Source of the DNA: Octopus bimaculoides
Taxonomy: Eukaryota
NCBI RefSeq assembly: GCF_001194135.2
Contig: NC_068985.1
Coordinates: 79,542,246-79,576,444 of the forward strand
Direction: 5' to 3'
Length of the DNA: 34,199 nucleotides
The notes below the pieces were generated by a model that searched no databases, had not been told where the DNA came from, and was given only the letters and a program-made list of their open reading frames with translations. Position numbers and translations under genes: made by a program. Shown piece after piece: positions 23,477 to 34,199 of the stretch; position 1 is the stretch's first letter; each line of letters opens with the position of its first letter.

Positions 23477-23913
23477 CTGCTACAGATCATGATGAGAGGG
23501 ATAACTTCCCTTGGCAAACAGGACATAGTAGTGTGTCGATAAGCCAGCTGGAGGAGTNNNNNNNNNNNNNNNNNNNNNNNNNNNNNNNNNNNNNNNNNNN
23601 NNNNNNNNNNNNNNNNNNNNNNNNNNNNNNNNNNNTAACTTCCCTTGGCAAACAGGACATAGTAGTGTGTCGATAAGCCAGCTGGAGGAGATGTCCTCCT
23701 GGGGCTAAAAGCAACAGTAACATCCACCCCTAGGGGTCAGCCACACTTAAGTGGCAATATACTACACTTTATCGTGCAGTTACTGTTAATACTTCATTTA
23801 GAGAATTAACATTGCTTGTTTTCACCTTTTCCATATCAGTGAAGAATTTCACTGGAAAAGTATACATAAGATTGCCAAGAATTTATCTCTCTCATCAAAG
23901 ATCAGTGGCTATC

Positions 23914-23956
23914 GGACGCTGACGAAGGGAAATAACCCTGAAACCCGGGTCCGTTC
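23914..23956 (+). ncRNA. Minimal type I hammerhead ribozyme, identical second copy; cleavage after 23951
   Basis: Sequence identical to 23434-23476. Confidence 0.92.
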
Positions 23957-25220
23957 CTGCTACAGATCATGATGAGAGGGATAACTTCCCTTGGCAAACA
24001 GGACATAGTAGTGTGTCGATAAGCCAGCTGGAGGAGTTTTTTACGATGTTTTTTAATTTTTTTTACCTCAGACAGCAAAGCTTTACTTTATCAAGTTATT
24101 CGGCGCGCCTCACATACTATTCTTTCCACATGCCGGTTCTCTAGTCAATAACTTGTTGGATTTGCAATAATGTTCCAAGAATTGGTTAAGGTAGCTTGTG
24201 CAAAGTTAGTAGAATGTGTTTAGGCAAGCGAAGGACCAAGTCAAGTTCTGCCAAATTTGCATTTTAGTCTTGGCTACAAAATGTATCCGACCTGGACTAT
24301 AATAAACCAGTTTGGTAAGGTTGAACTAACCTTCCATAGTCCTTTTAAATACACACACACACACACATCTATTATGACGTTTCTTTAGAACTCCATGACG
24401 TCATTATCCAACTATTAATTTCTTGCTGGTGCCTCCCCGCTTTGGTGATTTACTGTTGACGTTGATATAGTATTCTTTCTTATTTGAAGCTCGTTACGAC
24501 GCATTCTGATTAGAATTTACTCTTTGGTTAAAGAGAGCAAAAGAATTTAAGATCTTCTTGAGAAGTGGCTCTTTTTACGAAAACTTTGCATCTCTTCATC
24601 CTCCATTATAAACCTTGTAGATTTAAAAACAAACATCAGTTTCATGTTAATCATTGTACAACATTTTTTGATAAGAAAGGTTTTTAGCAAGTGATTTAAT
24701 TAATTACATTTCAAGAATTTGACATCTAAAACTTTGATACCTCGTTGTCAAATATTTCGTAAGATGCACTTGGTGTACTGTGAACTTATCCTATTTATAC
24801 CTTTTGTTGGTAGTAAAGCGGCCTATTCTGTCACACAGTTTGCTAAAGTTCTTTTCTAGTTATGATATCTACCTGGTGTGTTTATATTAAATAATCACTT
24901 TGTGCACTACAGGTATCTACTAGCTGTTCTGGCTGAGTGGTAGTAACTGTGAACAAATATTGACAGTCCAATAATTGTTATTACATATTTTCATACAACC
25001 TCCAGCGATATTGTGAATAACTTATAATATTGGAGTGGCTGGTATTTTATTCCTATTCTCGTCAAAAATTCAAAAATAACCTGTTATTTAATGACAATTT
25101 AAAGAAATAGGAATTTTTTTATTAAAAAACATTTTTTAAAATGTTTGTGAAGTCCACCTCTTTCTCTCTTTCATACTGTATACACGCACGCGCACACACA
25201 CACACGTAGACACACACACA

Positions 25221-25255
<35 letters not shown>

Positions 25256-25469
25256 TATATGTTTGATTTCGTTTAACGTAAGAGGCAAATGTTTCCATTA
25301 CGTATCAATATATATGAAAGTAAAGATACAAAATTGTTTCCATATAATAGTTTTACTCTAAAAATTAGTATGTACTCACACATACACTCGAAAAGGAGAG
25401 GAAGAATCACATATTACTGAAATCTATTTCTATAGAAAAATGTTTTCAAAAAAGTTTTACTGAATATAT

Positions 25470-25565
25470 TATGTATGCATAGACATACACACATGCATAT
25501 GTATGTATGCATGTATGTATGTATGTATGTATGTATGTATGTACGTATGTATGTATGTATGTATG

Positions 25566-25596
<31 letters not shown>

Positions 25597-25647
25597 GTGT
25601 GCATGTCTGTTTGTTTCTCTCTGTTGCCGTCTATCCGTCTCTGTCTA

Positions 25648-25692
<45 letters not shown>
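25470..25692. repeat. (TATG)n plus (CT)n microsatellites next to a gap
   Basis: Direct reading. Confidence 0.95.
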
Positions 25693-26112
25693 NNNNNNNN
25701 NNNNNNNNNNNNNNNNNNNNNNNNNNNNNNNNNNNNNNNNNNNNNNNNNNNNNNNNNNNNNNNNNNNNNNNNNNNNNNNNNNNNNNNNNNNNNNNNNNNN
25801 NNNNNNNNNNNNNNNNNNNNNNNNNNNNNNNNNNNNNNNNNNNNNNNNNNNNNNNNNNNNNNNNNNNNNNNNNNNNNNNNNNNNNNNNNNNNNNNNNNNN
25901 NNNNNNNNNNNNNNNNNNNNNNNNNNNNNNNNNNNNNNNNNNNNNGTATGTATGTATGTATGTCACCGTATACTTCAGAATTATAATTTGTAATGCTGAC
26001 GATTGCGGCGACGTTTTGTTTACGATTTTTATCGATTTATTCTGTGACGGCTTCTGTCTAGATTTGCATGACTAGATGACTTTGGAAAATTGACTGGGCC
26101 TCACTGGAGTTT

Positions 26113-26341
26113 AAATAACAATTATCATCAGAGAAAACCATTTTTCAGACAAAGAAAGATGCCTGTTCTCGAAAGTGTTTACCTTTTGAAGTAATTTGAA
26201 TTTGGGTTAACATCCAACGGAAATTATCTAGCATCACAGGTGTTGAAATAACAATCAACAGCTGAGAAATCCATTTTTCGGACAAAGAATGTACCTGTTG
26301 TCGAAACTGTTTTCCATTGAAGTAATTTAAGTTAGGTTGAG
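26113..26341 (+). repeat. Diverged tandem duplication, 133-bp period
   Basis: AAATAACAAT...GAGAAA.CCATTTTTC.GACAAAGAA...CCTGTT.TCGAAA.TGTTTT...TTGAAGTAATTT at 26113 and 26246. Confidence 0.75.
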
Positions 26342-27051
26342 CTTCATCTCGGCATCTTATTAACCTCTTTCTGTTGCTGATAGTATGTACTTCATCGTCA
26401 TTTTCATGGCATCAAATATTTTCATGCTTTAAATGCAATGGCAAAGTTGACTGAGAAGAATGCTTATATAGTATAACAGCTCACAGATTATAATAGTTTT
26501 AACAATATTGATAATTTTTGATGTTGTCATCTATGTACTACATGATCACAGACGTGAAATCTCACATGTTACAAGTATATTTTGCAGCCTAGTTTCAATG
26601 ACGTTGTGTTGGTGAGTGAAATAAGTGAAAAAGGAAACATCAAGTACATTTGGGAGAAATTTGGTCTGAATCCTACCGTAGCTATTGTCTCTGGCCATCT
26701 TTTCTGTTATCGTCCGCTTGTTGTGTTTATATTTTACCTTTTACTTGTCATGGTGGGGTACCGTCTTGAAGAGTCTTTACTCGAACGAATCCACCCCTAT
26801 ACTTCTTTTTTTTAAATTTTTAACAAAGAAAAGAAAAGAGTTCCATCAATGGAAAAGAATATCATAGATATTGAGCCTTCAAAATGTCTTTAATATTTTT
26901 ATTGTTCTACTTACAGATTGTATTTGTAACGTACATATTAGCTGATCGCTTTCTTTATCTAAACTTGTAGCCTTTTGAGATGGCGACTTAAATATTTACT
27001 AACATACCCAAGTGCATCAATGATTGTTGTTACAGGTGTATGTGTATATAC

Positions 27052-27437
27052 GTGGAGGCGCAATGGCCCAGTGGTTAGGGCAGCGAACTCGCAGTCGGAG
27101 TATCGCGGTTTCGATTCCCAGACCGGGCGTTGTGAGTGTTTATTGAGCGAAAACATCTAAAGCTCCACGAGGCTCCGGCAGGGGATGGTAGCGAGCCCTG
27201 CTGTACTCTTCCACCACAACTTTCTCTTACTCTTACTTCCTGTTTCTGTTGTGCCTGTAATTCAAGGGGTCAGCCTTGTCACACTGTGTCACGCTGAATA
27301 TCCACGAAAACTACGTTAAGGGTACACGTGTCTGTGGAGTGCTCAGCCACTTGCACGTTAATTTCATGAGCAGGCTGTTCCGTTGATCGGATCAACTGGA
27401 ACCCTCGACGTCGTAAGCGACGGAGTGCCAACAACAA
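27052..27437 (+). mobile_element. Full-length tRNA-derived SINE family E, copy 1
   Basis: A box TGGCCCAGTGG, B box GGTTTCGATTCC, 3' end GACGGAGTGCCAACAACAA. Confidence 0.9.
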
Positions 27438-27847
27438 AATGTATGTATATATGTTTGTATGTATGTATACATAGGTTGAATTTTTTACATCGCATATAAC
27501 ATCTCCATATTGTATTGCATAAAATTGACTGACAGTAGCCGAATAAAAGGCAAAAAATCTCGAGGAAAAATTCTCTGGTGAATTGAAAGCATGTGTCAAT
27601 GTGGATAGCAAGCTCACTGAACACTTACTAAAAGAGGCGCCTATCATTACTATATTTGTACCAACGAGTGCACATTCCTTGCAAGACTAAAAAGCCGCAT
27701 CCGTGTTATTCATGTTTGAGAACATTGAAGTGAAGGTATTGCTCGAAATCGAGTTGCTGCCATCATGTATGTATATGTGCCATCATGCACGTATGTATAC
27801 ATGTATGTGTGTATGTTTTTGTATGTATACTTTCATGTGTCTATATC

Positions 27848-28232
27848 GTGGAGGCGCAATGGTCCAGTGGTTAGGGCAGCGGACTCGCGGTCATAGGATC
27901 GCGGTTTCGATTCTCAGACCGGGCGCTGTGAGTGTTTATTGAGCGAAAACACCTAAAGCTCCACGAGGCTCCGGCAGGGGCTGGTGGAGAATCCTGCTGT
28001 ACTCTCTCACCACAACACTCTCTCACTCTTTCTTCCTGTTTCTGTTGTACCTGTATTTCAAAGAACCAGCCTTGTCACACTGTGTCACGCTGAATATCCC
28101 CGAGAACTACGTTTAGGGTACACGTGTCTGTGGAGTGCTCAGCCACTTGCACGTTAATTTCACGAGCAGGCTGTTCCTTTGATCGGATCAACTGGAGCCC
28201 TCGACGTCGTAAGCGACGGAGTGCCAACAACA
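27848..28232 (+). mobile_element. Full-length SINE family E, copy 2, with an 18-bp target-site duplication
   Basis: Colinear with copy 1; flanked by ACTTTCATGTGTCTATAT (27829-27846) and ACTTTCATGTTTCTATAT (28233-28250). Confidence 0.92.
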
Positions 28233-28479
28233 ACTTTCATGTTTCTATATACTAATGGATATTTGTTCGTGTTTATGCTTAGTTGCATATATCTCAGTTC
28301 CATATTATTTAAAAACGGATTCCTACCCGAATGACCATATTTTAAATTTCGGCTCAGTCTTGTATAGAATTACAGAAACCAGATGATGGAGAGTTTCCCA
28401 AGCAGCTTTCTGTCATCGATTTTTCGAAATAAATTTGGTTGTGGTTTAATTAACTCTTAATGATTATTGACTAGGGGCA

Positions 28480-29012
28480 AGGTGAATAATGTGGATCGGG
28501 AAGGGTGGGCTAGTGAGACAAGAAGTGGGAGGAGGAAGAGAAGAAGAAAATAAAGTGAAGAAGAGAATATATTAGGAAGAAAAGAAAACGAAGAGAAGGA
28601 TATTGTGATGTTGTTGCTGTTGATGATGATGATGATGATGATGATGTAGGAGAATAATGAAAAAGAGGAAAAAGAAAATGAAGCAATACTGAAGAAGAAC
28701 AAATGATAAGAGATGAATAAGGAAGAGGAGGGGTGAGAAGAAGAAGGGCGAAGACACGAGTAGTAGAAAGAAAATAAGATGTAGTAGGAGGTGGAGGAAA
28801 AGGGGAGGAAAGTAGTAGTATTAGTAGTAGTATTAGTAGTAGTAGTAGTAGTAGTAGTAGTAGAAGTAGTAGAAGTGGTGGTGGTGGTGGTGGTGGTAAT
28901 AGTAGAAGAAAAAGAAGAGGGGAGGAGGAGGTGCAGAAGATAAAGAAGAAGGAAAAGAGGGAAAAAGTTGATGATGATGATGACGACGATGACGACGACG
29001 ATGATGATGATA

Positions 29013-29043
<31 letters not shown>

Positions 29044-29170
29044 GGGTGAGGACGTCGACGATAACGATGGTACCAAAGTTGATGATGGGGACGATTGCAT
29101 CTGCTGTGAAAATAATGATAATAAAGATGGCTGAATATAATGATGATGCCTATGACAGTGATGTTGGTGC
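28480..29170 (+). repeat. Purine-rich and trinucleotide low complexity (GAA, GAT, GTA, GGT)
   Basis: Direct reading. Confidence 0.9.
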
Positions 29171-29315
29171 GGGATCGAAAATCGAAATCAAGTTCCCTCT
29201 TCATGACTATGAAGACAAAACTGGTTACGAACATCATCTCAGCACATTAATAAAGATCATCTTGACCTTTGCCATAAATCTTTACAAAGCTCCGCGCATA
29301 CTTGCGTATGTCTAC

Positions 29316-29359
<44 letters not shown>

Positions 29360-30079
29360 NNNNNNNNNNNNNNNNNNNNNNNNNNNNNNNNNNNNNNNNN
29401 NNNNNNNNNNNNNNNNNNNNNNNNNNNNNNNNNNNNNNNNNNNNNNNNNNNNNNNNNNNNNNNNNNNNNNNNNNNNNNNNNNNNNNNNNNNNNNNNNNNN
29501 NNNNNNNNNNNNNNNNNNNNNNNNNNNNNNNNNNNNNNNNNNNNNNNNNNNNNNNNNNNNNNNNNNNNNNNNNNNNNNNNNNNNNNNNNNNNNNNNNNNN
29601 NNNNNNNNNNNNNNNNNNNNNNNNNNNNNNNNNNNNNNNNNNNNNNNNNNNNNNNNNNNNNNNNNNNNNNNNNNNNNNNNNNNNNNNNNNNNNNNNNNNN
29701 NNNNNNNNNNNNNNNNNNNNNNNNNNNNNNNNNNNNNNNNNNNNNNNNNNNNNNNNNNNNNNNNNNNNNNNNNNNNNNNNNNNNNNNNNNNNNNNNNNNN
29801 NNNNNNNNNNNNNNNNNNNNNNNNNNNNNNNNNNNNNNNNNNNNNNNNNNNNNNNNNNNNNNNNNNNNNNNNNNNNNNNNNNNNNNNNNNNNNNNNNNNN
29901 NNNNNNNNNNNNNNNNNNNNNNNNNNNNNNNNNNNNNNNNNNNNNNNNNNNNNNNNNNNNNNNNNNNNNNNNNNNNNNNNNNNNNNNNNNNNNNNNNNNN
30001 NNNNNNNNNNNNNNNNNNNNNNNNNNNNNNNNNNNNNNNNNNNNNNNNNNNNNNNNNNNNNNNNNNNNNNNNNNNNNNN

Positions 30080-30139
<60 letters not shown>

Positions 30140-30157
30140 TGTGTGTGTCTGTGTGTG

Positions 30158-31240
30158 TGTTATATCGTGAAACTGTACACTCCTCCCGGTAAAAAGTGGT
30201 AGTAACCAGTCATTATAGATAGACTAGTAGCCGGTAGACGGGGGAAAGTCAAGAAGGTCAACAGTACGTGTAGACTGTGTTGATAGTCGTGTCTGTGCTG
30301 ATACAGTAGTTATACTGTAATACTTTGTGGACGGTATAACCCTCCAACCTTTTGAGGATGATAACACTGTACGACTGGGTGGGGTCGTATAGTGCCGGAT
30401 AGTACCATTCTATCGACGACTTCGGAATATAACAATATCTGTCAGAGCGAAAACTGTCGTCAAGAAACAGATACAACAGTGGCAAAAATCGCTTTACAGC
30501 GGTGGCGACGAGGAAAAACAAATTTACGTGAAGTGAAAAACATTTACTAGGAGAGTTTAAACTAATGCACATGGAAAGTAATAATATAGGTGGGAAGAAT
30601 GATGTATGGTGTATGAAGCAGAAATGGAATGGAAAGGAGACATAGAAATCAGCTTCAGGAAAAAGTCGTAGAAAAGGATCCAACAACAGTAGAAATACCG
30701 ATGGATAGGCTATATGATACTTTTCAGGTTCCAATACCGTTACAAGAAGTCGAAACCCCACGTACAAGGAAAAGGGAGAACACTGAATTCCTAAAAGTAG
30801 ACCCTAAGAAGAAAAAGATATTGAGTATATATATAAAAAAAAAGGAAATAGGGTGCATGAAAGAAAATGATTGTTAATAAAAGATTAAAAAGGGGAAATG
30901 TTGTATAGTGAAACTGTACACCTCACCCGGTAAAAAGTGGTAGTAACCAGCCATTATAAATAGACCAGTAACTGGACGATGGGGGAAGGTCAGGAAGATC
31001 GACAGTACGTGTAGACCGTGTTGATAGTCGTATCTGTGCTAATATAGTAATTATACTGTGATAGTGAATGGCGTTATAACACTCCAACATTTTGAGGATA
31101 ATAACACTGTACGGCTGGGGGTCGTATAATAATACCAAATAGAAACATTCTATCGACGACTTCGGAATATAACAATATCTGTTAGAGTGACAACCGTTGT
31201 GAAAAGACATATAACAGTGGTAAAAGACCGCTTTGCAACA
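30158..31240 (+). mobile_element. Internally deleted Ty3/Gypsy LTR retrotransposon (TRIM-like, 1083 bp)
   Basis: 5' LTR 30158-30501 and 3' LTR 30899-31240 (TGTTG...CAACA). PBS TGGCGACGAGGA at 30503-30514 is complementary to the tRNA-Ser(GCU) 3' end. Purine tract AAAAAGGGGAAA sits directly before the 3' LTR. The LTRs differ at 16 of the first 100 nt (hand count). Confidence 0.88.
30572..30877 (+). pseudogene. Gypsy Pol (integrase) C-terminal remnant
   Basis: WKVII*VGRMMYGV*SRNGMERRHRNQLQ...PRTRKR...FLKVDPKKKK resembles the W..G.I..RIG..MY.V.......RRH.NQL and ..VDP.KK.Y tails of Gypsy integrases. Confidence 0.65.
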
Positions 31241-31276
<36 letters not shown>

Positions 31277-31627
31277 NNNNNNNNNNNNNNNNNNNNNNNN
31301 NNNNNNNNNNNNNNNNNNNNNNNNNNNNNNNNNNNNNNNNNNNNNNNNNNNNNNNNNNNNNNNNNNNNNNNNNNNNNNNNNNNNNNNNNNNNNNNNNNNN
31401 NNNNNNNNNNNNNNNNNNNNNNNNNNNNNNNNNNNNNNNNNNNNNNNNNNNNNNNNNNNNNNNNNNNNNNNNNNNNNNNNNNNNNNNNNNNNNNNNNNNN
31501 NNNNNNNNNNNNNNNNNNNNNNNNNNNNNNNNNNNNNNNCATACATACATACATACATATATACACACACACGCACACATATATATACACAACATATATA
31601 TAAATACATGTATCTCTCTCTCTCTCC

Positions 31628-31682
<55 letters not shown>

Positions 31683-32599
31683 TACGAGACAAGACAAATA
31701 ATGGTCATTACATAATTTTTTTGTTGTTAGTCTGACTTACAGTTCTTTTTAGTTGTCATAATAGGTTCATTATTGATCAATGGATTCAATCGGTCCATTG
31801 GTCGGTTGAGAAAAATTGAACGACCTAAAAATTAATGCCACTTTCTTGAGAGTTATTTCTGCTTATGACCAAGCGGAACACTGAAGAAATGATAAAGGTA
31901 TGCAGAGGGAAGTGAAGAAAGGCAATAATGTATAACGTAAATGGAGGAGAGATAAAAAGGAAAAATAGAGTTCTTTATTAATCTTAACAATATTGTTAGC
32001 CTGGTATACTAATAGAGACCTTATAAATATTTTGCCCTGATTGATAATCCCTCATAAATGACTATTATGTATTTTTCTTTATTTTACTTTATCCCTAATC
32101 ATATTCTAATCAATCTGTAAACCCTTCACGCGAACATATAATAATACAAATTATAAACCCTAATATTCAGTTTGCTCAAATGAATTTATAGGTTCGCATA
32201 TAACATCTCAAGGTGCATTGTTTTTCTTTGATCAAATTATGCTCATATCACATAAATGGAAATTTAATGTACAAAAGTTTAATTAGATAATTGAATACTA
32301 ATTGAAACAGCTGTAAGAATCGAATATGACCCATTTGTTAATAATAAATAATTGTTAACTTCCAAATCTCCATTTTGTTTTCTTCCTTCAACTGGATATA
32401 AAATATATGCTTAATATATTCCTATTGTTTTAATGGAATTTCATTCCCGGACAATACTAGGTATTGAACCAGTATTTCCTTGGATGTAACCATCCCTTCA
32501 CGAGGTTAACATATCCTCTAATTATATATATATAGAGAGAGAGACAGAGGTACCCGATCCAACTCAGGCGTGGTTCCCAGTATAGCGTGCGTATGTATG

Positions 32600-32818
32600 T
32601 ATCTGTGCCTTTGGGTTTCTCTCCCATTACTACCCTGGAAACAGGTATTAGTTTATATATGTCCCGTAAGCTAATGGTTCGGCAAAATGGCGGTCGAGAG
32701 AGTAAGTATAAAATACTTACTTAAAATAAGTACTGAAGTCGATTTCTTCAAAATCTTTCAAAGCTATGCCCCAGCATGGCATCGGTCCAATGATTGGAAC
32801 GAGGAAAAGTGTAAAAGA
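32600..32818 (+). mobile_element. 5'-truncated, degenerate SINE family B 3' domain
   Basis: Matches the reverse complement of 7027-7210 (…GGTTC.GCAAA…GA.AGA.TAA.TA…CCAGCATGG…AATGA.TG.AAC…GTAAAAGA). Confidence 0.65.
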
Positions 32819-33700
32819 GTATTTCTTCAATTTTCGTTCCTTTGTTAACATTCTGTATAGCGTAACGCTCGAACATGTTTCGTTATGAGAGAAATTCTCT
32901 CATTACATCACGTATTTTCGTTCTGTACTTAAATTGTTTCAAGAATAACACCAGGAAGCACGAATCCCATGACAAGCTGATATAGAACGAAATGATTTTT
33001 CAAAAAAAAAAAAAATCTTTTATTTAAATTGAAATACTTCAAGCCGAAACTCATGTTCTGTGTAGGTTTTAAAATTTGACTTTGTATGCATAGCAGGAAA
33101 CATTCTAACTAAATAGAGAATTATGCAGTAAAACAAGATTTCATGTTTCATCCATAGTTGTTTATATATAACTCTTTCTCTTCTTCTTCATGTCTCAATG
33201 TTTTTACTTTGAACGTCTAGACAAATTTGCATAAGATTTTGTTTGTNNNNNNNNNNNNNNNNNNNNNNNNNNNNNNNNNNNNNNNNNNNNNNNNNNNNNN
33301 NNNNNNNNNNNNNNNNNNNNNNNNNNNNNNNNNNNNNNNNNNNNNNNNNNNNNNNNNNNNNNNNNNNNNNNNNNNNNNNNNNNNNNNNNNNNNNNNNNNN
33401 NNNNNNNNNNNNNNNNNNNNNNNNNNNNNNNNNNNNNNNNNNNNNNNNNNNNNNNNNNNNNNNNNNNNNNNNNNNNNNNNNNNNNNNNNNNNNNNNNNNN
33501 NNNNNNNNNNNNNNNNNNNNNNNNNNNNNNNNNNNNNNNNNNNNNNNNNNNNNNNNNNNNNNNNNNNNNNNNNNNNNNNNNNNNNNNNNNNNNNNNNNNN
33601 NNNNNNNNNNNNNNNNNNNNNNNNNNNNNNNNNNNNNNNNNNNNNNNNNNNNNNNNNNNNNNNNNNNNNNCATCATCATCATCATCATCATCATCATCAT

Positions 33701-34076
33701 TCAGCAGTCTTCTTTTTATCACGTGCTTTCACTGCACTCCCGAGCGCAGCTATGTGTGCCTTGACTATGCGCTGGGATTTGTTGTGCCCTTATTTTCACT
33801 GTACTGAAAGTGCTTTACGTAGGATGTGCATGGTACCTAATAGCGATATTTTCTGTATGTTATATACCTTTGTAAGTCCTGGTGTTTTGGTCATATATTT
33901 GCATGTTTTTTTTTTATCATACATGATGCACCTACTATTGTAGGAGCTGTTTCTGTTTTTAGGTTCCACATTCGAGTTACCTCTATTTCCAGATCTTTGT
34001 ATTTTGCTAGTTTCTCCATTTCTTTTAGAGATACATTGTCATGTGTTGGTATTGATACGCAGATTAGAATGCGTTC
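33701..34076 (-). mobile_element. 5'-truncated R4/Dong-clade non-LTR retrotransposon 3' end (RLE C-terminus plus 3' UTR)
   Basis: Minus-strand translation ILICVSIPTHDNVSLKEMEKLAKYKDLEIEVTRMWNLKTETAPTIVGA...(frameshift at poly-T)...YNIQKISLLGTMHILRKALSVQ* (stop 33796-33798). The EK..KY..L..E..R.W and Q...LLGT.HILR motifs are typical. The 3' end abuts (ATG)n. Confidence 0.88.
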
Positions 34077-34155
<79 letters not shown>

Positions 34156-34158
<3 letters not shown>

Positions 34159-34199
34159 TAGTTTTATTTTTATGACGTGCTTTCACTTCACTACCGAGC
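34156..34199 (-). mobile_element. 3' terminus of a second R4/Dong copy with a (TAA)n junction (34078-34155)
   Basis: CAGTAGTTTTATTTTTATGACGTGCTTTCACTTCACTACCGAGC matches 33702-33746 of the first copy. Confidence 0.8.

Larger units (their letters stand above)
22867..24037. mobile_element. Hammerhead-bearing 346-nt non-coding repeat (retrozyme-like or PLE pLTR-only element): inverted arm 22867-23199 plus direct copies 23202-24037
   Basis: Monomer period is 346 nt (TAACTTCCC at 23636 and 23982). The copy at 23204-23477 is 274 nt because of a 72-nt deletion. The inverted arm differs from the full direct copy at about 6 of 333 positions by hand count. No convincing ORF. Confidence 0.9.

Noticed and set aside
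22867-24037. CRISPR array or protein-coding interpretation of the repeats
   Set aside because: Long identical units without unique spacers in a eukaryotic context; all frames contain stops.
30258-31609. Minus-strand ORFs sharing RYCYIPKSSIE in both repeat copies
   Set aside because: Explained by LTR nucleotide similarity; antisense to the element and with no recognisable domain.
628-33943. Long ORFs in the supplied track (e.g. 12018-13187, 28968-30170, 22166-22900, 33227-33943)
   Set aside because: Their length comes from N runs or simple repeats (poly-H/V/T/D, YIYI, CVCV); no domain signal.

Overview
AT-rich, microsatellite-dense, gapped animal genomic DNA with no recognisable host gene. 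The SINE families and simple-repeat load suggest a cephalopod, probably Octopus (inference from recalled repeat families, not a database search). Almost all ORFs in the supplied track are artefacts of N gaps or simple repeats. The window is a collection of mobile elements: a Penelope-like (PLE) reverse transcriptase that is open for 260 codons and runs off the left edge (1-780, minus; missed by the ORF track), remnants of CRE-clade (14.1-14.5 kb) and R4/Dong-clade (33.7-34.2 kb) restriction-like endonucleases, a ~1.08 kb TRIM-like deleted Gypsy LTR element with PBS and PPT (30158-31240), a mariner-type MITE, a tRNA-Ala(AGC) pseudogene and about 15 SINE copies. The main finding is a young, non-coding 346-nt repeat at 22867-24037. 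It carries intact minimal type I hammerhead ribozymes and is arranged as a fold-back palindrome whose apex maps to the predicted self-cleavage site, as expected for a retrozyme-like or pLTR-only PLE derivative. A second, unrelated and degenerate hammerhead lies at about 9.6 kb.
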